Assembly: GCF_038025025.1 (NCBI RefSeq)
Contig: NW_027117341.1
Location: 1,054,001-1,118,000 of the forward strand
DNA: 64,000 bases
Direction of reading: 5' to 3'
DNA from: Phyllosticta citribraziliensis
Lineage: Eukaryota
Shown: positions 37,275-48,910 of the stretch, one piece after another
How positions within the stretch are numbered: the stretch's first letter is position 1
Layout: every line of letters begins with the position of its first letter
The notes under the pieces: generated by a model
Database searches by the model: none
Seen by the model: only the letters and a program-made list of their open reading frames with translations
What the model was told of the DNA's origin: nothing
Program-made: the position numbers and the translations under genes

Positions 37275-39025
37275 ATGGAACCGACAGAGATCAAGTTGGT
37301 CCAGCTCGCCTTTGGTGGCCTCAATAAGTTCGTCCCAATCGCCATGGGCACGCCATACACCGTGAGTGTTTCATTCGTGGCACTCCCGAACGCATCTAAT
37401 CAAAGCAGAAACTGGTAAAGACAGCGTACTCTATGTTCAAACAGGAACCGGACAAAGTCACCTTCGCTCTCTACTACGACACAAATGAAAACGCGGCTGT
37501 TGACGAAGACGTCTGGAATTGTGGAGAAGAATTCTTCTTCTCCGATGCGACCACCGCCCGCGCCAGGAAATTTTACTGCGCCTTCACTCCCATCGACGCA
37601 AGCGATGCAACTCAAGTGGGCGGTTCGGGAGCCACCGAACGCCACCCTTCAAGTCCTCAAGCCGATGTCATGCGTCCGCCGCGCAGAGCTCCAGCCGGGG
37701 TTGAGGTAGTGCGGTCAGAGGCACAACCTAGACGTAGGGCCTCGCTACCAACGTCGCAAGATGCCTCGCCTCGGACTCATAAGAGGCCTCGGGTGCTCTC
37801 GCCCAACCACTCGGGTTCAAGTGCTGGACGACGCGCAACGAACCCTGAAGCCGCGGCGCGTGGCCCTAGGCACCGTCGGTGGACGAGCGCTGCGCCCCAA
37901 AGCCCGCACTCTGCTACCCGGACGCGTCAAGGTCAGGCTCAGAGGTGGTCCGAAGATACCTCAGGCAGGGCTGGCTGCCATTTGCAGACATCTGTGACTG
38001 CTGGCAATGATCATGAGTCTGGGCCAGCTCCCACCGGCACACCCGAGAAAGAAGTTTCAGCGTTGTCGTCCCCGTTGTCTTCAGCCAGGTCGTCAGTGTC
38101 GCCTCCCGAGTGGCCTGGATACACCTCGGGCAGGGCTGAATGCCGTTTGCCGGCATCTGCGACTGCTAGCAATGTTCATCAGTCTGGACCAGCTCCAACC
38201 GGTATACTGGGGATGAGGGCGTCAGCGTCGTCGTCACCGTTGTCCTCGGCCAGGTCGTCAGTGTTGCCTCCCGATGGAAGCCCCTTCATTCCGCAGTCGC
38301 CGACACCCATGTACTCGAGGAAATCTGTTCGCGCCGCCTCGATGCGTGCCAACAGCCTCATCATCGAAACAATCGAGAAGGACCACCATGATGGCCCTGA
38401 TGCCAGCGCGACCGAAGCTCGCCCCGAACACGGCGCGCCCAACCGCAAGTACAAAAAAATTGACGTCACTTTCCATTTTGAGAACAAGATGGGATACCAC
38501 CCGCATTTAAAATTCCAATCCTGGAAGGTGACCTACCCGGGCGATGAAGACTTGAAGGAGAGGGAGGAACAGCTTAGGAATTACATCGATGGTCAACTCT
38601 ACATGGCCTCGCAGAGGCTTACACAAAGACAGCGCCAGGGAATCATGGGCGACCTGGAGATCTTCATCTACGTTTACTACTGCGACACGGACCATCGCGT
38701 AGACATGCTACACGCCACAAACCACCACCAGTTGTGGGAGTTCCTCCGCGCCAACATCAAGGACTCGGAGTCGGCCAAGTTGGGCGCGGCGGTCACGTTG
38801 CATCGAAAGCAGGACGTGGAGATGAAGATCTTGAACCGACTGTCTCCGACAAGCTCGCCAGAGGGGGGCGGTGATGACGACGACAGAAACATCGTTCCCG
38901 TCGAGGTCGCCGCTGGACGCGCAGAGCAACATGGCGATGGCTACATCGAGGAGAATCAAGACGGCGAGGAGGAACAGGGCCCCGGCGACGCCAGCGACAA
39001 CAACAGCAACGCGGGCGAGGACTGA
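37275..39025 (+). CDS. Hypothetical (orphan-like) protein with an internal 55-aa tandem duplication
   Basis: Exon 37275-37361 (MEPTEIKLVQLAFGGLNKFVPIAMGTPYT) and intron 37362-37408 (GTGAGT...CTAAT...CAG) join in frame to the 530-aa ORF. Confidence 0.7.
37960..38274 (+). repeat. Two diverged copies of a 165-nt coding repeat
   Basis: 37960-38109 versus 38125-38274. Both encode SGRAxC...SGPAPTG...SSPLSSARSSV.PP. Confidence 0.9.
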
Positions 39026-39690
39026 TGTCGTTCCAAGCTTCAGGCCGGCAGTGGGTGAGGTGGACGTCAAGGTTGACGGGAAGCGCCGGCGGTGCCACGG
39101 CGGCGTCGGGAAGCAGACAACGTGGGCGGGAGGTGCGGCCAACGGCCAAAGCTCTCAGCCCTTGCATCCATCACCGAGTCCCGTCGAGTCTCGTTGGTCG
39201 TTGGTCGTCTTTTTTTGTCGTCGCCGTCGTTTCTTCTTCGCCGCCTGTGTGTGCCTCTTCCCATCGATGACTGGCTCCTGATGGCGGCGGCCCGGCCAGC
39301 CAGACATGCAAAGCAATCAATAATACTCCGCCGCCGCCGAATCACGACGCATGTGCTGCAGATTCAGATGCTGCCCGCCGCTCATCTCTCTCTGCTCATC
39401 TGAGATCCGATCCCTATCCGTCCCCGATGCGACGCCCTACGATTCGCCCGACGCACGTCTCCTTCTGCAAATTTAAAAAAGAGGAAAGACAAAAAAAAAA
39501 CCAAACACTTTCAACGACCGACCGATTGACCGAGCCGACCTGCGGTACCTACCTACTACTCTACTGTGTCTGTGCCGACGATGCCCTAGGTCCCTCGCCT
39601 CGCCTCGGTCCTTCGTGTGCACAGTACACACATATATACGTACCAACTACTGTACTTGTGCGCGTACAGCCACAGCAGCATGCACGACCG

Positions 39691-39732
39691 CCCCCCCCCC
39701 CCCCCCCCCAAAAAAAAAAAAAAAAAAAAAAA
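39691..39732. repeat. Abutting homopolymers C19-A23
   Basis: Directly visible. Confidence 0.95.
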
Positions 39733-41874
39733 TCCCCCGCCAGTCAGCCAGCCAGCCGGATAGCCACGCCTGCGCCTCCGCTTCAGCTGTGTCTCAAACA
39801 CGACTCCCCGGCCCCACGTCTTGTAGCCATTCTGACCCCTTGTACCCCTCCCTTCCCATCCCTTCCCACACACCCTGTCTGCCTTCCGCACAACCGACCA
39901 ACCGACGGAGAGACAGATGGCTGAGCAGCAGTCAGCCAGTCAATATGCCATGTACGTCCATGCGTGGCTGAATGAGTCGCCGAACGACAATCCACGACAC
40001 GACAAGACAAGAAGGCAAAAAATAGCATGCGGTCCGCTCCGACCGGCCGGCCGTTGGCAAGAATCGCACATGGCTTGCCCATTGATGGCGTGGTTTTCCC
40101 CGGTATATATATAGAGTGAGAGACAGCAGATACGGTACCTTAGTTAGTCGATGGCGAGGAAAAGATGGTTTTGGCCGACGCGGCCCACACCACCTGAGAA
40201 TCCCACCTGCCTACCCTGCTCTGCTTGCTGGCGTGCTTCCCCACTCACGCGCTTGTCTATCCCGGGTATGGAGAGAAAGAAAGCAAAAATAAAAAAAAAA
40301 AAAAAAGACAATAAAAGAATAAAATGGAGCCACATGCCTATCGACATGCACGCTCGCCTATCGCATCCGGGGGGCCTTGTGTGTCTCTAACCCGCTTCCA
40401 TGTCTACCTGTCCATTGTTTGCTTGGCTGTTTGCTTCGTTTGATGATTCATACGCGTCACCCAGGCCGGCCAAGTCAGAAACCACAGTGAGAGAAGAAGA
40501 TGGACAAGGCCAGACACTCATGCGTCAAATATAGCAAAAACAACAGGGTGGTTTCTCAATGTCCAGCATCCATTTCTTTCCACACCAGAGTGCGCCCCAC
40601 TCACTGCTCACAAGGGCACCACCCATCTGTCAGGGGTCTGTCTGTTCGTCGTCTCTGACGCTGCTGCGTCTGCCAGCACCCACGCGCAGCAGCTTTCCCC
40701 TCCAACTACTTCAAACCTCCTCTTTCTTTGGAGCAAAGGCCATACCATGACCCACTCACTGCTCTCGCTTCCCATCACTGGCACTAATTCCCGGTATTCC
40801 CTCATGTCCCCTTCGTCCATCCCATATCGTGCGGCCGAATAATCCCTGTAACCCGTCCCGCACTTCCTTGATGAGAAACTTTGACTAGAAAAGGAAAGAG
40901 AAGAAAAAAGACAAAACGCAGAGATTCTTTAAGGGAGCCTGGCCTTCCAATCAACAATGAAAGAGAAGTAAAAGCCCCCGCCCAAACAGATGATGATTGC
41001 CAAGGCACAACCAAAAAAACAAAGGAAAGGTGGGACACGAAAGGAGACGGATGAAAGGGAGAGAAGAAAAAAAAGGGGGTGAGCTTTGCCGCCGCGGTGC
41101 AGTGCCAATCGCGAAGAAAAGAAAATATATGTAGGGTTGCGATTAAGACATGTATAAAATTCAAAAAGGAGGCCCCGGAGTGCCCTTCTTCATGCGGATT
41201 GCTGTATGACTGAGGCAAGAGGCCCGAGGCTTCAAACAACAAGGCATGCGGTGCGAAAATGCGGTGTTGCAAAAATTACGGTACCGCTCATTAAAAACTT
41301 CACACGTACCAGGAACATTGTACGTGCCTCCTATACCGAGGTGACAAGGGATAGATGAGAAGAGCGAGCGCAGCAGGGGGGCACAATGCTGCCAAACGGG
41401 AGCGCATGTACGGGTTACTCTCGGCTCGTGAGCAGCTCGAGGGCGCAAGTAGTCCCCAAAAGATCGAGTTGCCAGTCGCGTACGACACAAACGAATGACG
41501 TTGGTCTGGGATGAAGACGCGCGACGACTTTTTTTTTTTCTTTTCCGCAACGGCCATTTTCGCTGGACAATGCGATTCCAGTGAGGAGAAGCGGAATAAC
41601 AAGGGTTCCGGCAGGCGCTGATGAGCCAAAACCAAGAATGCGCCAAACACCGTAAACTCCAATGCTGGTGAGCGCAACCCTTGTGCGAAGAAGCCGTGAA
41701 CGCGTATGTAGGAGAGGATGGACAAGGTCGAGACAGGTTCGTCATGGGTGTGGGCTGTATTGTTGGTATCCGAAGGGTATTATTGCGGCCCAGGGGGATC
41801 GGCTGAGCACAGACGGTTTGCGAGTCGGCGATCTGCAATAGGGCGGCGATTGGTAAGAAGAGTGTGGCGGGAGC

Positions 41875-43217
41875 TCATAAGATGCCCGAGTCTTTGAGCG
41901 CGTTTTGGAGTATCGTCTCTTTGACAGCAGCGAACACGAGCCGGATATTTGACGTGTCGGTGGCTTGTGTGAGGCTGGTTTTGGTGGTTAGCTCGTGTCT
42001 GAGTTTATTCCCGAGACATGGCCCGACTTACTGAGGATAGAGATTCAGATGCGCGCGGTTGACCTGATTGAATCTCCAAAGCAAGTACTTGGCGGCTCGG
42101 TTGACGTCGTTGCCTCCGGAATAGTCAGGAAAGTAGTTGCCAAGAGGTGATCGAGCCAGTTTCTGCTTGAAAAGATCGACCTTGTTCAGGAAAAGAATGA
42201 TGCTTGTGCGCATGAACCATCTCGAGTTGACGACCGAGTCGAAGAGCACCAGGCTTTCCATCATTCGATTCTGGTGTCCTTGTCAGCGCACGGCTGGTGC
42301 TTTGGTCCGTAGTCGGAGCCGACGTACCTGGCTGCTTTCCTCAAGCAGTACTTGGTCGTATTCGCTCAAAGCAACGCAAAATATGATGGACGTGACATTT
42401 TCAAAGCAGTGTATCCACTTCTTGCGCTCGCTTCTTTGGCCGCCCACGTCGAACATGCTGCGTGCGGGGTCAGCAGATGCGGTCCTTGAGCGACCAAGTG
42501 GACTTACTGTATGCTCAATTGACCCATGGTGAAGCGGGTTTCGTAGATACCGGTCGTCTTTGTTCGCGCTCGCAAAACATCGGCTTCGATGGGGATGTAG
42601 TCGGGGGCGGATATGCGGTGGACCTCGTCGAAGAAACTAGCGTGCATCAGCAGAGGCAGTTGACGACCCAATGGTGGGACGTCTTACTAGGGAGCCGAAT
42701 CCATCAGGTAGAACTCGCTCGAGCGGTCCATGACCTGCTTCACGCAGGGGTCGTGCCACAAAGAACTGATTGCTTGCCCGACCTTGGCCTCCAACGGCTT
42801 CTCCGGATCCGGATCTACGACGTACTCCATCAAGTAGTCGCAGTACTCGTCATTGCCCGGGAGCTCCGGCTCGATGTCGAATTGTCGCATGGCGCCAATG
42901 AGGGATTTGGCGCAATCAATGACGTTTTTGTAGATTGTGAGGCGGTACATGGAGAGCTCTTCGACCGTGTATCCATTTTGATGTATAATCTTCATTTGCT
43001 TGACGATGGTCGACTTGCCGCTTTCGCCGGAGCCTAGGTGAAGGGGTTAGCAGACGAGGCGCGCGGCAGTAGGGCGTGGGAAGAGGGGCGTACCCAAGAG
43101 TAGAATCTTGCATTCTCGCCGGAGCCGCCGCGAGTCTTCCTCGAGCTTCCTGTCGATGGCCTGGCTGCGCTTCTTCTGCTCTGCATCCTCCTTGGTGGTG
43201 CTCATGCATATGCCCAT
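41875..43217 (-). CDS. ganB: Heterotrimeric G-protein alpha subunit, group III (Gpa2/GanB/GNA-3 type)
   Basis: Myristoylation-type start [31 protein letters not shown] and C-terminal LKDSGIL. Five introns. Confidence 0.93.
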
Positions 43218-43670
43218 GGTGGCTTATCGCCGCCGAGAGCGCCGGCGACAGAGGAAGCGACTGGGCACAAGGAGGTGGTCGTCTTGTCGTAGGCTTGGAC
43301 GGCGCGAATGGGTCGCGGGATAGGAGACGGGGTTTGGCGTCGTGGTTGCGGAGGGAAGACAGAGGGTCTGGCGCGCTGACTCGGGGCTGCGACGTTGTCC
43401 GGGGCTAGAAGCGGCGAGGCGCAGGATGATGTCGTCGAGGGATGAGCAGCAGCGCCAAGTCCGGGAGAGACGGAGAGCGGTAGGAATGGGGCGGAAGGAG
43501 GGCGGTGCGAGGTTGAGGCGGAGGCGGCGCTGCCAGCGAGAGAGGGAGAGCGAGTGGTGGAGGCGTGTGGGCGTGTCTGGAGGCGGATGCAACGGGAGGA
43601 AGATGTGGAGGAGGAGGAGGAGGAGGAGGGCGGTAGCAGTCGTGAGAGAGAGTCGGGAAGGTTGTCGGTT

Positions 43671-43672
<2 letters not shown>

Positions 43673-43710
<38 letters not shown>
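43673..43710. repeat. (CAGG)n microsatellite, about 9.5 copies
   Basis: Directly visible, upstream of the G-alpha ATG. Confidence 0.95.
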
Positions 43711-43711
<1 letters not shown>

Positions 43712-44657
43712 ACAGGCAGTTGATTGATGTGCAGCGTCCCTGTCGTTTCGCGTCAAGGGTGTCTGTGCTCCCTGCCCTGCGACCTGGACAGGACTCGGGG
43801 TAGACGGGATGTTGAAAGCAGCAGCACAGGCTCGCGATTGTGCGCACAGCAATGGGTCGAGGACCGAAGTGGCCGTGGCCGTGGTCGTGGTCGTAGTAGT
43901 GGTAGTGGTGGTGGTAGCGGGCGGGTGGGCAGGCGGGCGCAGACGGCGCGGGGAATGGCAGTGGAGGTGGGGAGCTGAGATGAGGGCTAGGTGGACTGGC
44001 GGAGGGGATGTGGAGGAGGATTGGAGGACGACCGAGGGGAAAACGAGAGGCAACAGTCGCAGATGTATGATGGTCAAGAGAGAGAGAGCGAGGGTGCGTG
44101 CGTCGGTGGAAGAGTTGGATGGGATGGGACGGGGCGGAAGTGGAAGTGGAAGGGCAGGGAGGGAGAGGGTCAAAAAGCACACATGTTGTTGCTCTCAGCA
44201 AATCAGCCTCGCTTTCCTGACGTGCTTTGTCGTCGGCGCCAAGTGACGACGCTTCTGCTCCCGTCGACTTTGTGTTTCACGCGCAAACCGTCTTTATGCC
44301 TCGAAGACAGTCAGCAAAGAACGACGACTCCTTTGGCTGCCGGCTGCGACTTGGCATGTTTCATCCGTCAAGTCAGGCACTGCGACTGCACTCTGCTATA
44401 CAGGCAGGCAATGTACATGTGCTGTGGCCAAGGTGCAACTGAAGACCCATTGCGGCGGTGCCCTGTGGCAGCACTGGTATTTCTGGACTCTGGTTGATGA
44501 TTGATTTTTGCCCATCATCGTCGTCCCGTCGCTGGAGGGACATGACGAGAAATAATCCACGCATGACTAAATGTCCTTGGTGTTCGAGTTGGAGCGTGCC
44601 CTGCCCTGCCAGTGCCCACTCCCGCCGGCCCTCAGTGGCAGCGTAGCGGTGACGTAG

Positions 44658-44660
44658 GAG

Positions 44661-44691
<31 letters not shown>

Positions 44692-44693
44692 CA
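44658..44693. repeat. (GAGCCA)6 microsatellite
   Basis: Directly visible, upstream of HOG1. Confidence 0.95.
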
Positions 44694-45100
44694 GCCCACC
44701 CAGTCTTCCTGCTGCTGCTCTGCTCCACGCAAGACCTGACCTTACTGTACCCACCACCCGGACCGCACGCTCCTCGCTCCTCTGCTCCATCTCTCTCACC
44801 TTGTACTCTACAACTCCATCCCCCATCTGCTGCAGTGGTGCTCTCCCTCTCCTCCTCCCGCATCTCCTCTCTTCCGCCGTCTCTCCGAGCCTAACCTAAC
44901 CACCGCACACCACCCGGTGCCAGCCCTGCCTGCCTGCCTGCCTGCCCCGCTGCTGCCGCATCTCCTCCACTCCTCAACACCCACGGCGCATCAAACCCTT
45001 TGACGCTTCGCCACGCCCACCTCGCCTCCCTTCCATTCCCCTCTCCGACAACCATCCTCCATCCCGCGTCCATCGCCATCGCACGCCCCATTCTTCCACC

Positions 45101-46621
<1,521 letters not shown>

Positions 46622-48042
46622 ACGCCCTCACACGAGTCATTTTGGTTCACAAAACACACACATGCACCCCCAAGCGCTTGGCACGGTTGTGGGTGACGCT
46701 GCTGCAATGCCCAACGGAGAGAAGCTGCTGCGCGCAGCAGAGTTACTCTATGAGTTTCGAAAAAGAAGATGGTGGGCCAGCGGAGACGACGATTTAAACT
46801 TCTCGGCTTCTCACTTGTTTTGATGCTTAGAAGGCTACTCGAATGTTGGATGCGCAACAAATGTGACATTACTGCGGCACGTTGAAGCTGGCTGGGATGG
46901 CGGGCGCGGACACCATGGACAAGGGAGCAGCGACGTGGTTCGTTCGGGCCCTTTACGGCGCCTTTTTGGGACTGCGATGCAGGGAACGGGAAAGGAATGG
47001 CTCCTTCTGTTGTCTCCTTTGTAAAATGCAAATCCAATAGATTCACCCACGACAATCAACCACCACGACGACAGACAAGACCAAGGACGCCCACGTTGGA
47101 CCAAGCACGAGCCGACGTTGCCCAAGGCACTCGCAGGCGCTCTCCCACATGGTCGAGAGAGACTTTGGTCGTCGAGGCCAAACGGGCGGCTGTCGTATTG
47201 CATCATAGGCCGTGACACTGACTCGCAACCACCAAGGCAGCTTTGCAGCGCTCACAATTACGGCAAGATAACGTCACGACCGGGCTTGACCAGGCCTGTC
47301 CATGTCGCAAGCCATTTGTCGCGTCGCGTCAAGTCGCATACAGACGGTCCAGCCAGACTGCGGACACTTGTCCGAGAGCTGGGCAGCAGCGCATCAGCAG
47401 CAGCAAGCAATCACAGAGGGAGCGAGAGCACGGCGCGGCGGCGCGGCGCAGCGCGACGCTGAGCCAACCGGATAGCCAACCACCCAACCAATCCCTACCT
47501 ACCCATCCACCGGAGTGACCGCCGGGCACTTGGAGACGCGGTGATACGGTCAGTCGATCCAAACACCCATACATTGCGCGCGAGCAAAAGACCGCGACAC
47601 GGCGCGAGAAACGGAGAGAGATGACCGAAATCTTCCAGTCGTGTGGTTGGTGTGGTGCCAGCCGACCGTTCCCCGTCAAACTTCAAAACGACGACGCGCT
47701 TCCTGGCCGGGCGGGCAGCTTATCAAAGGCGGGGACCCAGACCAAGCTTTTCCGGGCGCTGACTGTTTCTTTGTGCACAGCCAGGGACCTTTGTTGGACG
47801 CAGCCATCGTGTCGCTCGCTGTCTGTTGCTGAGTCCGGTTTGGTTGTCCGTCGCCGGGTACCTGCTTTGCTAGCTGCCACATGCGAGGGCTTGCGTTTAC
47901 CTACCTGAGTCCAAACGAACACCACTGCCTAACCACCACATCAAGGCAGGCCACGATGCTTCCTCTTTTCCTCTCTTCTTGCCGACAGAGATAGTGTGTG
48001 CCTTTTCCGACATTGCCGACATTACCGACGACGGTTCCTTTG

Positions 48043-48910
48043 ACCTTCTCGCCGTCCACACGCCGCGCATACAGTACATACATCAGCAACCTGGACCAGA
48101 CCCCGATGATGACAAGTCGTCCACTCCACTCCACTCCACCCATCTATCCACACCATACTTGCGTCCCGCCGCGCCGGATCCCTCATCTTCGCCCTCATCA
48201 TCACACACCCCTAACCCAAGCATACAGTTACATGATCCACCCCTGCCCGCGGCTCGCTCCTCCGCCATCACACTTTTTCTCCCCGCGCTCATCAAAACCT
48301 GCTCTCGTAAACATTTCCCTCAGCTCTGTAACCAGTCCGGTCTGGCCAGAGACGACGAGTCGCGCGCAGGCCCCGTCTGCCGCTCCGTCGCATGGCCGCC
48401 CGGTCACCCGGTCCGCCTGTCGGGCGGTCCGCCTTGTTTCCCACGTGGGAGGGAAGGTCGTCGGTCATGGATGGGAGATGAGGTTCATGTCATGCCGCCG
48501 CTAGCACGTGGATGGGTGGAGTGGAGAACCCACCCAGCCAGAGCACGGGGCGGATGTTGCGTGATGTGTGTGCTTGCCTGTCTTGTCTGTGGTAGAGGGT
48601 GCGCTGGTGATGAGGGAGAGGTGTGTATCGCGACTACAGATTTTCTTTTGCGTGCTTCTTTTACCTTTTTACCTTTTTCTGTTTTCTGGTTTTCAAGGGA
48701 AAATCCTGCAGAGGTGTAGTCAAGTCCTATGTGTCTTTGTTCTCCTCCTTCTAATCCATCTTTCGTCTCTGTTCGTGGTATTCGACGCGTGTGCTTTCGA
48801 GGTCGAGTAGGAGGCCGGCAAGTAACTGTCCTTAAACTGTAGCCAGATTCTATACATGCCGCACTCGACTCGACTCAGCCCAGGTTCACCAAATACCAGT
48901 TCAAGGACAG
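48043..48910. ncRNA. Candidate structured non-coding RNA (long fold-back plus pseudoknot-like element)
   Basis: Several nested, collinear inverted repeats paired by eye (see findings). No convincing ORF. No family recognised. Confidence 0.35.

Noticed and set aside
43202..44201. Two ~325-codon minus-strand ORFs
   Set aside because: Non-ATG starts and low-complexity translations of microsatellites. Better explained as the G-alpha leader.
47979..48719. 246-codon plus-strand ORF over the fold-back
   Set aside because: TTG start and a composition that simply tracks the CA-rich to GT-rich shift. No domain features.
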